DNA of 64,000 nucleotides from Halorarum halobium. GTDB taxonomy: Archaea > Halobacteriota > Halobacteria > Halobacteriales > Haloferacaceae. The stretch spans positions 744,001-808,000 of the forward strand of contig NZ_CP134949.1 in assembly GCF_032116555.1 (NCBI RefSeq), given 5' to 3'. Under the pieces are notes generated by a model. The model was not told the origin of the DNA and searched no databases. It worked only from the letters and a program-made list of their open reading frames with translations. How positions within the stretch are numbered: the stretch's first letter is position 1; each line of letters starts with the position of its first letter. The position numbers and the translations under genes were made by a program. Shown in pieces: positions 38,220 through 47,328 of this stretch.

Positions 38220-40105
38220 AACGTGCCGCCTCACTGATTCTCTGCCTGGTTCTCTTCACAGGTGTTTCCTCGGCCACGGTGACCAGCGTCGACTCAATCA
38301 CCTACACTCAGACAAGCACCTTATTCGACGGGACATTATTCGCAATCTCGGTGGCATCGGATCAGGCCACCGATAAAATCGACATCCGCCTAGACAAGGA
38401 CCAGATGAGTCAGTCGGTTGAAGGCGATGTTCAGCAGGACTTGACCATTGACATAACATCTCAGAACAACCATCTGCGCTATTCTACGACGCCGAGTTCC
38501 GAGCTCCGTAAAATCCAGACAGTGGTCCCGTACCACGAGACAGGATTCTATTCTAAGGAGGAAGCGATTCAGGCTATCAAAAACCGGTGCTATGACCTGA
38601 ACGGGAACGGTGAGGGAAGCGGCCATTATGCCTGGAAAGCAGGTTCTTGGAGTTACGAGATCTACTGTTTCCAGCAGTCAACGTACCTGGGAACGCCAGC
38701 GTATCTGGATAATCCTGAGGAGCATTTCCAGACTCGGTTTGAGCTACAGGCAGGCGGCAAAACGGTTCAGTCTGCGACCTTGTCCAATGGAGATGCCGGT
38801 ACAGGAGTGATCTCTAATCTCGGTAGTCATGCTAAGGTTCGATGGAACGGAAACCTGGATACTGGAGCTCCGCAGCCGAATGTTGGCAGAGTCTACGCAC
38901 TCCACGCGAACAGGTACAGCGGCAGCTGGAGGATTATCAGCCAGCAGGGTTACAATGATTACAAGAACTACTTGGAGAACTCGGCGCACGATACCATTCA
39001 GGACTGGGCAGCCGGGATGAATACTGGTTGGCAGGCCGCGGAGTGGTTGAATGACCGTGCCTGGAGTGCTGCTGAAGTCGATACGTCGAGCGACCTGGCC
39101 TATACTACTGTTGCGGATACTTCGTTCAAGTCGGGGGCGTTCACCTACGATACAGAGGATCTTCTGGTCTATCCGATGTTCACGGTGTACGTCGATGTCG
39201 GGGAGAACGGTTACATCGAGATCTCCAAGCCAACCGGCGAACCAGAAATCGTGTCGAAAAGCTCAACGCGAATCGAGGAGCTTTCGACCGGTACAATCTC
39301 TTCCGTAGTGAAGAACGTTGGAGATGGTCAGGGTAGCTTCTCAGCTCGTATCACGGACTGCAGTAACGGCTTCACGTTCACGGATAGTCAGAGGACGAAG
39401 ACGGTGTACCCTGGTCAGACTGTTTCCTATAGCTTCGATGTCTCCTTCCAGTCAACCAGTACCGATAAGCAGGAGATCTCCGGAAGTTGTACCGTCCAAG
39501 TTGAGGATACTGGAAGCGGAGCAAGCACGTCGACGACGATAGATGTCACCGGTGTCCAGGCTTCGCAGTGTGAGGCAGGGACTCAGTCGATCAAGGTGAA
39601 CAGCGATGGCCTCTACGAGATTTACGAGTGCAAGCAGAACGAGCAAGGCAAGTTCCTGGTCAAGACCTGTGCCGAAGGTGAGAAAGCCTACGCTCAGGGC
39701 GATGGCACCTTTGCCTGTGAGAAACCAGACAACGGAGGCGGCGGAACAGGTCCTGGAGTATCGAATCCGCTTGGCTTCCTTTCTGGATTGTTCGGAGGAT
39801 CTGACTCAGGTGGAATCCTGGAACAGATCCACTTCGCGCTCTCACTGATAGCCGGAGTCCTGTCGGCAGTCGTCGGTTACAAAGGAGTCCGGTGGGTTGA
39901 CGGGGAATACCTGGTCAGAGGCAGTTTCAAGCCGTTGAAGAACAGGAATCTCTCCCGAGTCAAGAAAGGAAGAAAGCCGATCGGAGTACTCGGTGGACTT
40001 CTGGCCCTGGTCATGGGTACGTGGCTGGCGTTGCAGGTGCCGCTACTTGTCCAGTTGATCGTTATACTTGGGACCGGCTTCGTGATGTGGAAGACTCCAC
40101 TTTAG
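38216..40105 (+). CDS. fsx1: archaeal fusexin Fsx1 (HAP2/GCS1-like class II fusogen)
   Basis: 629 aa; SATVTSVDSITY, CYDLNGNGEGSG, YEIYCFQ, QSATLSNGDAG, WNGNLD, YPMFTVYVDVGENGYIE.SKPTGEP, VKNVGDGQGSF match the Fsx1 ectodomain as I recall it; 8 ectodomain Cys; three C-terminal TM. Confidence 0.93.
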   Translation: MKRAASLILCLVLFTGVSSATVTSVDSITYTQTSTLFDGTLFAISVASDQATDKIDIRLDKDQMSQSVEGDVQQDLTIDITSQNNHLRYSTTPSSELRKIQTVVPYHETGFYSKEEAIQAIKNRCYDLNGNGEGSGHYAWKAGSWSYEIYCFQQSTYLGTPAYLDNPEEHFQTRFELQAGGKTVQSATLSNGDAGTGVISNLGSHAKVRWNGNLDTGAPQPNVGRVYALHANRYSGSWRIISQQGYNDYKNYLENSAHDTIQDWAAGMNTGWQAAEWLNDRAWSAAEVDTSSDLAYTTVADTSFKSGAFTYDTEDLLVYPMFTVYVDVGENGYIEISKPTGEPEIVSKSSTRIEELSTGTISSVVKNVGDGQGSFSARITDCSNGFTFTDSQRTKTVYPGQTVSYSFDVSFQSTSTDKQEISGSCTVQVEDTGSGASTSTTIDVTGVQASQCEAGTQSIKVNSDGLYEIYECKQNEQGKFLVKTCAEGEKAYAQGDGTFACEKPDNGGGGTGPGVSNPLGFLSGLFGGSDSGGILEQIHFALSLIAGVLSAVVGYKGVRWVDGEYLVRGSFKPLKNRNLSRVKKGRKPIGVLGGLLALVMGTWLALQVPLLVQLIVILGTGFVMWKTPL

Positions 40106-40119
40106 AGGTGATCTCAAGG

Positions 40120-40425
40120 TTGAAGAAGCAGATCTGGTTTCTGGGAGTCGTGGTTTCACTGGTTTCTCCTGTCGTCGGGGTTGGGTACAGGAAGGCAGTG
40201 AACCGTACGTTGAATCCAGGCAGCGTAGAGCAGGTCCGAGTCTTGTATGAGGCGATGGGTTGGCACGTCGCCGGGTTTCTCGCCCTGCCCTTACTCGGTT
40301 TGCTGGCTTACGGATGGAAGCTGGGTGAATGGAAACGTGAGAATTACTGGCTCCTCATGATTTTGGGGATAGTCCTCAGTGTAATAGTACTACTAGGATT
40401 TCCGTTCGTATTCCTGCATCTCTGA
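40120..40425 (+). CDS. small 3-TM protein after fsx1
   Basis: TTG start after GAGGTGA. Confidence 0.7.
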   Translation: MKKQIWFLGVVVSLVSPVVGVGYRKAVNRTLNPGSVEQVRVLYEAMGWHVAGFLALPLLGLLAYGWKLGEWKRENYWLLMILGIVLSVIVLLGFPFVFLHL

Positions 40426-40481
40426 AGCTGTAGAGCTCGTCTCGGCAGTAAGTTTTTCTGACTGTTAAACGATGTTACTGT

Positions 40482-41129
40482 ATGCAGGCCACGGAACGCG
40501 CAGTAGAAAGATTCCGAGACCGGTTCACGAGGCTTTTCGCCTGGTTCTATCATAGCCCTGTGGAGTCAGTCGGCAGCTTCAACGGGTACAGTGATGAGGA
40601 AGATGTGTACTGGTGTTCCAGTGATTCAGCGGCGTTCGGTCAGGCTACGCCGGTCGGCACGATTATCCTGAACAAGCAGCGGATGGAGGACCTGTCCGAG
40701 GAAGCTTCTGAACTTGTGTATCGGCATGAGCAGGGGCATCTCAATCGCCTCCCGGTTTTCAGAGGCTTGTTCTGGGGGATGGTGATCAACGGAGCAGTCG
40801 GGATCTACTACTTCCTACAGAGTCTCGGATACTCGCTTCTGATCCCGTTCGGTGTCCCTGTGGAGCCGGTGGCGATGCTGGCAGGAGTCTCCCTGATGCT
40901 CGTCCTGCTTATGGCGGTTGCTGCCCGTCTTGAGGAGGTGGCAGCTGATCTCCACGCACTCCAGAGTCTTGGTGAGGAAGCGTTCCTTGATGCTTACGAC
41001 GAGATCTCTGACGAAGGCAGTGATTCGCTTCACGTCCGGATTGTGAACCGGATTCAGTACTCTGACCCGGAGGACGTGGTCAAGGTCCATCGTTTCCTGG
41101 TCTGGGCGAAGTCTCTCTATCCAGCATAG
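40482..41129 (+). CDS. M48-like membrane zinc peptidase
   Basis: VYRHEQGHL (HExxH), two TM, EEVAAD (ExxAD). Confidence 0.8.
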   Translation: MQATERAVERFRDRFTRLFAWFYHSPVESVGSFNGYSDEEDVYWCSSDSAAFGQATPVGTIILNKQRMEDLSEEASELVYRHEQGHLNRLPVFRGLFWGMVINGAVGIYYFLQSLGYSLLIPFGVPVEPVAMLAGVSLMLVLLMAVAARLEEVAADLHALQSLGEEAFLDAYDEISDEGSDSLHVRIVNRIQYSDPEDVVKVHRFLVWAKSLYPA

Positions 41130-41180
41130 CTCATATAATTCTCCTCGCCGGTTTCTTTTCGTGGAGAGGTGTAACCCGGT

Positions 41181-41537
41181 ATTTCTGCTGATGATATCGA
41201 TGAGGAGTTGAGGAAGATCGAGGAAAGAGAGAAGCAACGGCTGGAAGACCAGATCGAAGAGATAGAGGATATTCTTGAGAATCGGAAGAAGATCCACAAG
41301 GAAGCTAAGTCGGAGCTCAATGAGGAGATCCGGCGTCAGAAGAACAGGTTGAGTAGAGCGGAGTCTTCCAGCAGTTTGGAGGAGCGGCCTATCCGTGATG
41401 ACCTCCGGGACCTGTATCAGGAGCGCCGGCAGGAGTCCTTAGCAAAGTGGCGTGACCGAGAGTCCTGGTTAGAACGGAAGCTAGATCTGGAGGATGAGTT
41501 AGCTTCGATAGGCGGGTTGGATGACCTCGACTTGTGA
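41181..41537 (+). CDS. coiled-coil protein; last gene of the island (probable ATT start)
   Basis: GAGGTG then ATT TCT GCT GAT, in frame with the track's TTG 41208. Confidence 0.65.
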   Translation: MSADDIDEELRKIEEREKQRLEDQIEEIEDILENRKKIHKEAKSELNEEIRRQKNRLSRAESSSSLEERPIRDDLRDLYQERRQESLAKWRDRESWLERKLDLEDELASIGGLDDLDL

Positions 41538-41634
41538 GGCTCCGGTTTCTGGATTACTGGTTTAAGATTTGGCGTCGAAACGCTTACTAGGCTGACGTAC
41601 GTGCGCCTTTCCGCCTATGCTTGGCACCAAAGGT

Positions 41635-41710
41635 GTGGCCTCGGCACTCATAGGGCTCGTCATCGCAGGGAGCCACCCCGGCTCGGAGCGGTCGCCTCGT
41701 CATCGGCCAC
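41635..41710 (-). ncRNA. sR-tMet: box C/D guide RNA sR-tMet (Cm34 of elongator tRNA-Met)
   Basis: Terminal stem GTGGCC/GGCCAC; two GATGACGA (C/C') and two CCGA (D'/D) boxes; D guide CCCTATGAGTG complements CACUCAUAGGG and its fifth base pairs with C34. Confidence 0.88.
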
Positions 41711-41796
41711 CGCCACCTACGGCGACCCGACCAAAAACGGTTCTCGTCGCCGTCGCCAATCGAAACCGTCAGGTGACCCCCCGCACCTTCCCGAAC

Positions 41797-42240
41797 GTGG
41801 ATCACGCAGTCGCCGCCCGGCGCGTCGTCGAGCAGGGGCCGGCAGCGCCCATCTTCGCCGACGTGGACCGGGACCTCCGCGCGGCCGACACGACGCTCCG
41901 ACTCGAACTCGCGGAGGAGACGGTCGCCGCGCTGTACGACGGCCTGTTCGACCCCGCCGCCCACACCGACGTGACCGTCTGGGTCGGCGGGTCGCTCCTC
42001 GACGCCGCCGACGCCGTCCCGGACTCGTACTTCACGGAGTTCGCCGCCGACGAGGGCCGGTACGACGCCTACGAGGTCGTCGACGAGGACGCGACGCTCG
42101 CGTTCGTCTTCGGCCGCCATCACGAGGAGACCATCGAGGTCGAGACCGGGTACGACCGGCTTACCGTGGGGTTTCCCACCCCCGGCGCGTTCCACGACGC
42201 CGGGGCGACCCCCGAAACGAACGTCAGTCGAAGCAACTGA
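41797..42240 (+). CDS. hypothetical protein
   Basis: Acidic, host codon usage from GTG 41797. Confidence 0.7.
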   Translation: MDHAVAARRVVEQGPAAPIFADVDRDLRAADTTLRLELAEETVAALYDGLFDPAAHTDVTVWVGGSLLDAADAVPDSYFTEFAADEGRYDAYEVVDEDATLAFVFGRHHEETIEVETGYDRLTVGFPTPGAFHDAGATPETNVSRSN

Positions 42241-42313
42241 CCGCGCCGGCCGTGGCTCGCCGTGAACTCGATTCTCCGGACCGCTTCCGAACAGCCGGTC
42301 GAAAAGGCGCGTC

Positions 42314-42526
42314 TCAGGCGAGGTAGGCCGGGCGGTCGCCGCCGTCGTCGGACGCGTCCTCGTCGGCAGTGATGGCGATCTCGCGGACCGGCTTCAGGTA
42401 GGTGACCCTGACCACTCCCGGCCGGTTCAGCGGTTCGATCGTGACGTCGTGCGCGTCGGTGGGAACGTCGAGGAGGTCGCCGTTCGAACGAACCTCGGAG
42501 ACGATACGGTAGTTTCGATCACTCAT
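42314..42526 (-). CDS. small hypothetical protein
   Basis: 70 aa, host-like. Confidence 0.7.
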   Translation of the reverse strand: MSDRNYRIVSEVRSNGDLLDVPTDAHDVTIEPLNRPGVVRVTYLKPVREIAITADEDASDDGGDRPAYLA

Positions 42527-42676
42527 AGATTGGCGCGAAGCCCCGTGGTACGAGAGGGCTACTCATGGTACGGCCGAATTACCGCACGCATCTGTAAGAA
42601 GGTTCGGGTCCGTCACGGTTCCCGTCGACCCGCTGAAAAATCGCCCCCCGAGGGCGGCGACGGCTCCCGGCCGCGA

Positions 42677-43396
42677 TCAGTGGAAGCCGATCTCCCGCCG
42701 GTCCGTCCCGTCCTTCGGGATGGTGACGGTGCAGACGCCGTTCTCGTGGGTCGCGCTCGCGTCGTCGACGTTCCCGGTGGTGGGAAGCTGGATGAGATGT
42801 TCGAGCCGGTGGGGGCGCTCGGCGCGCACGCTCCGGTACTCCTCGCCGGTCTCCTCCTCGGCTCGCTCGGCGACGATCACGAGCGTGCTATCGTCGGCCT
42901 GGATGGTGATCTCCTCCTCCTCGTACCCGGGGACGTCCACGATGATGATCACCTCGTCCGGCGTCTCCATGACGTCGACGAGCGGCTGTGCCGCGGGCTC
43001 GGCCGGTGCTCGCTCGGGCCCCGTGGTCGCCTGGGGGCCGGTGACCGGCGGCCGTGCGGGAGCCGGGCCAGCCGGTGGGCCCCCGCCGACCGCCGCGGGG
43101 TTCCCCGCCTCCGCAACGTCCATCCGGGTCGGCCCCGGCGGTCCCGCTCCCGGCGGTAGCTGTGCCGGGGGCTGTGGGGGTCCGGACGCTGCGAGCGGCG
43201 GCGGTCCCTGCGGCTGCTGTGGCTGCGGCACGGGCTGGGCCTGCTGTGGACGCTGAGGCTTGCCGCCCGAGGTCGGCCCCGCCGGACCGACCGGCTGACC
43301 GGGCGTCCCGGACTGCCCCGGGACCCCTCCGGACGGGACGGTCCCCATCGGTTGCGAGTACGGGTCGTAGTACCCGTACTGGACGTACTGGCTCAT
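42677..43396 (-). CDS. Hsp20/alpha-crystallin protein with Pro/Gln-rich N-terminus
   Basis: LVDVMETPDEVIIIVDVPG...ATHENGVCTVTIPK; start MSQYVQYG. Confidence 0.88.
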   Translation of the reverse strand: MSQYVQYGYYDPYSQPMGTVPSGGVPGQSGTPGQPVGPAGPTSGGKPQRPQQAQPVPQPQQPQGPPPLAASGPPQPPAQLPPGAGPPGPTRMDVAEAGNPAAVGGGPPAGPAPARPPVTGPQATTGPERAPAEPAAQPLVDVMETPDEVIIIVDVPGYEEEEITIQADDSTLVIVAERAEEETGEEYRSVRAERPHRLEHLIQLPTTGNVDDASATHENGVCTVTIPKDGTDRREIGFH

Positions 43397-43406
43397 CGGC
43401 CAGTCG

Positions 43407-44336
43407 TCACTGGATTCCCTGCTGGGAAAACCCGGCCGACGGCTGCTGTTGCATTTCGCCACCCGGCGCGCCCGTCGGCTGCTGGATGGATTCGGCCCCG
43501 TACTGCCGGACTGGCTGTCCCAGTGGTTGCTGGGTCGACGGCTGCTCCTGCTGGACCGACTTGTCCTGCTGGGGTCCCTGTGGCTGCTGGCTCGTCGGCT
43601 GGACCGGAAGGCTCGCGCCCCCCATCGGTGACTGCCCGAGTTGCTGTGACGCCATCGACTCGGGGGATCGCTGGCCCTGCTGGGACATCCCCTGCTGGGG
43701 GACCTGCTGGCTCGCTCCCTGCTGTGGTGTCTGCTGCGGGATCTGCTGCCCTTGCGGAATCTGCTGGCCCTGCGGGATCTGTTGACTCTGCGGGACCTGC
43801 CCACCCGTCTGTTGTGGTACCTGCTGGCCGAACGGCTGTGGGAGCTGCTGTGGCTGCTGGCCCATCCGCTGTTGGGAACCCTGGGTGAGCTGGCTTCCCT
43901 GCGGCTGCTGAATTCCCTCCCTCGCGATCGGCTGTTGCTGAGTCTGGTGCCCCTGGTGGGGCTGGGTCTCGAACGACTGCTGTGAGGGCTGGACCTGTGC
44001 GGGCTGTTGAAGCTGCCGTGGTTGCTGGGCTCCCTGACCCTGCTGTGGCTGCTGCAGGTGCTGGCTTCCCTGGGGTTGCTGGAACTGTTGTCCCTGCTGG
44101 GGTTGCTGGAACTGTTGTCCCTGCTGGGGTTGCTGGAACTGTTGTCCCGGAAGGCTCTGCTGTGGTGGCCGTTGCATCGGCTGCTGCTGGACTCCCTGCG
44201 GCGGCTGGTACCCCTGCGACTGGTGGCTCGGTTGCTGTTGTTCCTGATACTGTGGCTGCTGGTGACGTCCCTGCTGTGTCTGGTGAAGCTGTGTCCCCTC
44301 GGCCGACTGCTCCGGTCGTTGTGACTGTTGTGTCAT
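43407..44336 (-). CDS. Gln-rich low-complexity protein
   Basis: 309 aa dominated by Q/P/G; 10 nt upstream of the Hsp20 start. Confidence 0.78.
   Translation of the reverse strand: MTQQSQRPEQSAEGTQLHQTQQGRHQQPQYQEQQQPSHQSQGYQPPQGVQQQPMQRPPQQSLPGQQFQQPQQGQQFQQPQQGQQFQQPQGSQHLQQPQQGQGAQQPRQLQQPAQVQPSQQSFETQPHQGHQTQQQPIAREGIQQPQGSQLTQGSQQRMGQQPQQLPQPFGQQVPQQTGGQVPQSQQIPQGQQIPQGQQIPQQTPQQGASQQVPQQGMSQQGQRSPESMASQQLGQSPMGGASLPVQPTSQQPQGPQQDKSVQQEQPSTQQPLGQPVRQYGAESIQQPTGAPGGEMQQQPSAGFSQQGIQ
44070..44148. repeat. 27-bp tandem repeat, about 3 copies (QQPQQGQQF)
   Basis: CTGGGGTTGCTGGAACTGTTGTCCCTG repeated. Confidence 0.9.
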
Positions 44337-44638
44337 GGGTTCGTCCCTCGCCTGCCGCCGCGAGCGGGACGGTCAGGCGATACGCAGATGGATGCAGGAA
44401 GGGCATAAACGCGCCAGACAGTTCACGAGAGTTCAGGTCAGTCGGCGGATCGTACTCCGGACGGGCCGTTCCACAGGGCGCGGTTGTGGCGACGTAAGCA
44501 GCGACGCCGTCTCGGGTTCTCCCCGGGTCGGTCCTCGTCCGGCCGACGAGCACCCCCGGGAGGTGCGGGCTCACGCCGGACCGTCGCCATCTCCACGAAA
44601 GCCGACCGTACCCTGTGGAACGACGTGGAAAGCCCGAC

Positions 44639-45733
44639 TTACGACCCGATCCGCTCGCGGGTCGCCGCGACCAGCAGCGGCAGGAACACCGTCGCGTCGC
44701 CGTAGACCGAGGCGTTCCGGGCGTCCGTCTCCAGTTTTCCCCACGAGCGCGCCTCCTCCAGCGTCGCGCCCGAGAGCCCCCCGGTCGCCTCGGGGTCCAT
44801 CGTGATCTGGACGGCGTAGTCGTACGCGCGCGGCGTGACGAGCATCGTCTGGAGCGTGAAGTTCTTCGGGACGCCGCCGCCGACGAGCAGACAGCCCGCC
44901 TCGTCGGCCTCGAACGCGAGGTCGGTGAGCGGCGTCATGTCCGCGAGCGCGTCGAGCGTCAGGTTCGAGGTCTGTGCGTACATCCACGCTTGCAGCCCGA
45001 GCACCGAGTCCTGGACCGCCGGGCAGTAGATCGGCACGTCGTGTTCGTGGGCCGCGGCCGCGACGCCCGGGCCCTCCTCGATATCTTCACGCTCGTTGAC
45101 CGCGGCGTTCGCACGACCGAGTTCCGCACAGAGGTCGGCGATGCTGACCGCGCCGTCGCGCTCGGCCAGCGGCTCGAACACCTCCGCGCGGAGGTGGGAC
45201 TCGAACTCGGCGAAGTGCTCCTGCGGGAGGTAGACGTTGTAGATGCGGTCGACCTCCTCGTCCCGGAGCTGCTCGTCGTGCTCGCGGAGCGACATGCCCT
45301 CCTGGTGGGTCTCGCCGTGGTGGTGCTTGCCGCCGATGGCCTCGATGGCGTCGTGGGTGAGGTTCGCGCCGGTCGTCACCAGCGCGTCGACGTGCCCGTC
45401 GCGGATGAGGTCCGCGACGACGCGGCGCATCCCGGTCGGCACCATCGCGCCCGCCAGCGAGAGGAACACCGTGCAGTCGTCGCTGCCCAGCATCTCGGCC
45501 AGCACGTCGGCGGCCTCGTGGACGGACTCGGCGCCGATGCCGGCGTGGCCGTACTGCTCGACGAGTTCGGCGACCGTCATGCCACCGTGGACCTCGGCGT
45601 GCCCGAGCGGGTCGTGCGAGAACGCCTCGCGGCGGGAACCGTGGCCCGCGTGGCCGTCGTGACCATCCCGCCCGTCGTGGTCGGCGTGGCCGTCGGCGCC
45701 ACCCCCCTCGAGATCCTCGTCGTGGTCGGTCAT
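44639..45733 (-). CDS. dys: deoxyhypusine synthase
   Basis: LAGAMVPTGMR, TTGANLTHD, GGGVPKNF, TGGLSGATLEEARSWGK. Confidence 0.95.
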   Translation of the reverse strand: MTDHDEDLEGGGADGHADHDGRDGHDGHAGHGSRREAFSHDPLGHAEVHGGMTVAELVEQYGHAGIGAESVHEAADVLAEMLGSDDCTVFLSLAGAMVPTGMRRVVADLIRDGHVDALVTTGANLTHDAIEAIGGKHHHGETHQEGMSLREHDEQLRDEEVDRIYNVYLPQEHFAEFESHLRAEVFEPLAERDGAVSIADLCAELGRANAAVNEREDIEEGPGVAAAAHEHDVPIYCPAVQDSVLGLQAWMYAQTSNLTLDALADMTPLTDLAFEADEAGCLLVGGGVPKNFTLQTMLVTPRAYDYAVQITMDPEATGGLSGATLEEARSWGKLETDARNASVYGDATVFLPLLVAATRERIGS

Positions 45734-45833
45734 GTCCCGACGTGTGACGCGCGGGGGTTAGAATGGCGTGGTTCGGAACCGGTCGAGTTCGGGCGGGTCA
45801 CAGTCGCTCCGGACCCGTCCGGACGGGGGCTCG

Positions 45834-46601
45834 CTACAACCCGGTCGGGTGGTCGACGTACGTCGTCTCCAGCCCCCACTCCTCGGCGAGCGCCCGGAGG
45901 CTTCGAACGCCGAACGTCTCGGTCGCGTAGTGGCCCGCCAGGAACACGGTGAGTCCCGCCTCGCGCGCCTCGTGATACACCTTCCCCTTCCCCTCGCCGG
46001 TGACGAGCGCGTCCGCGCCGACCTCGACCGCCTCGCCCAGCCAGTCCGTTCCGCTGCCGGTGAGGACGGCGACGTCCTCGACGCGGTTGGGGCCGAACTC
46101 GAGCACCTGCACGCCCTCCCCCGCGTGGTCCAGACTCTCGTCGAGCGTCGCGGCGACGTCGTCAGCCGTTCTCGGCTCGGGCAACGTGCCGCGCTGACCG
46201 ACGTACTCGGGACCGAGTTCGCCGAACGGCTCCCGGTCCGCCAGGTCGAGCAGGTCCGCCACGCCCGCGGCGTTGCCGAGGTCCTGGTGGCCGTCGAGCG
46301 GGAGGTGCGAGACGTACAGCGCGACGTCCTCGCGGACCAGCGGCGCGATCCGATCGTAGGCGCGCCCAGTCACCCGATCCAGCCCGCCCCAGACGACGCC
46401 GTGGTGGGTCACGAGCGCGTCCGCGCCGGCCTCGATTGCGGCCTCGGCGGTCGCCACCGAGGCGTCGACGGCGAACGCGACGTGGTCGATCTCCCCGTCC
46501 GCGGACCCGACCTGGAGCCCGTTCGGGCTGGCGTCGAGGTCGGCGTACGCGTCGGTGTCCAGTTCCGCGTCGAGTCGGGCGAGGAACTCCGAGCGGTCCA
46601 T
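45834..46601 (-). CDS. Nif3-like dinuclear metal centre protein
   Basis: NGLQVG, VTHHG, SHLPLDGH, AGHYATETFG. Confidence 0.95.
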   Translation of the reverse strand: MDRSEFLARLDAELDTDAYADLDASPNGLQVGSADGEIDHVAFAVDASVATAEAAIEAGADALVTHHGVVWGGLDRVTGRAYDRIAPLVREDVALYVSHLPLDGHQDLGNAAGVADLLDLADREPFGELGPEYVGQRGTLPEPRTADDVAATLDESLDHAGEGVQVLEFGPNRVEDVAVLTGSGTDWLGEAVEVGADALVTGEGKGKVYHEAREAGLTVFLAGHYATETFGVRSLRALAEEWGLETTYVDHPTGL

Positions 46602-46737
46602 GTCGGCCGCTGGAGCGCCGGGGGCAAGTAGTCTGTGCGTCGGGGCGGCCGCGGCGGCCGCCCGAGACGACCCCTCGAACGCCGCGGGTTCCGACGAGAC
46701 CGAAGTTGTCTTGGTCCCGGTCGAAGACCCCCAACGC

Positions 46738-47328
46738 ATGAGCACCGACGACGCCGGCGCGGCATCCGGCCCCGCGGGCGAGACGGAGCCGGACCACGAA
46801 AACGCCCTCCAGGACGTCATCGCGGTCGATCCGGACGACGAGCCGGAAGGGCTGGTGAACCGACTCGACGCCCACACCGGCGACGGCATCCGCCACCGGG
46901 CGTTCACCTGCCTCGTGTTCGACGGCGACGGGCGGCTCCTGCTCGGCCAGCGCGCGCCGGGCAAGCGCCTCTGGGCGACCTACTGGGACGGCACGGTCGC
47001 CTCCCACCCCGTCGAGGGCCAGACCCAGGAGGAGGCGACCCGCCAGCGCCTCGCGGAGGAGCTCGGCGTCACGCCGGACCAGTACGACGACCTGCGGGTG
47101 ACGGACAAGTTCGAGTACAAGCGCTACTTCGAGAACGCCGGGCTGGAGTGGGAGGTCTGCTCGGTGCTGAAGGTGACCCTGGAGGACGACGCGCTCGACC
47201 CCGACGAGGAGGAGATCGCCGGCCTGCTCTGGGCCGACTACGAGCACCTCCACGACCACCCCGAGTGGTACCGTCAGCTACGCCTCTGCCCGTGGTTCGA
47301 GATCGCCATGCGCCGTGACTTCGAGTAG
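46738..47328 (+). CDS. idi: isopentenyl-diphosphate isomerase type 1 (Nudix fold)
   Basis: HRAFTCLVF, LGQRA..K.LW, SHP, RLAEELG, EWEVC, CPWF. Confidence 0.88.
   Translation: MSTDDAGAASGPAGETEPDHENALQDVIAVDPDDEPEGLVNRLDAHTGDGIRHRAFTCLVFDGDGRLLLGQRAPGKRLWATYWDGTVASHPVEGQTQEEATRQRLAEELGVTPDQYDDLRVTDKFEYKRYFENAGLEWEVCSVLKVTLEDDALDPDEEEIAGLLWADYEHLHDHPEWYRQLRLCPWFEIAMRRDFE

Larger units (their letters stand above)
1..41570. mobile_element. fsx1-carrying integrated mobile element; right part only, left end and integrase outside the window
   Basis: Sharp GC and codon-usage shift near 41.55-41.63 kb; dense hypothetical and membrane genes; carries fusexin, HerA/VirB4-like ATPase and defence cargo, as reported for haloarchaeal fsx1 elements. 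Exact boundary approximate. Confidence 0.88.

Noticed and set aside
3546..41537. Pleolipovirus or tailed-virus provirus
   Set aside because: No recognisable capsid, portal, terminase or pleolipoviral gene block; the fusogen is Fsx1-type.
41556..41592. Xer/dif-like inverted repeat at the island edge
   Set aside because: Symmetry is weak and the partner end is not in the window.
41617..41796. N-terminal extension of the 41617-42240 ORF
   Set aside because: It lies antisense over sR-tMet and lacks the acidic composition of the rest; GTG 41797 is the better start.
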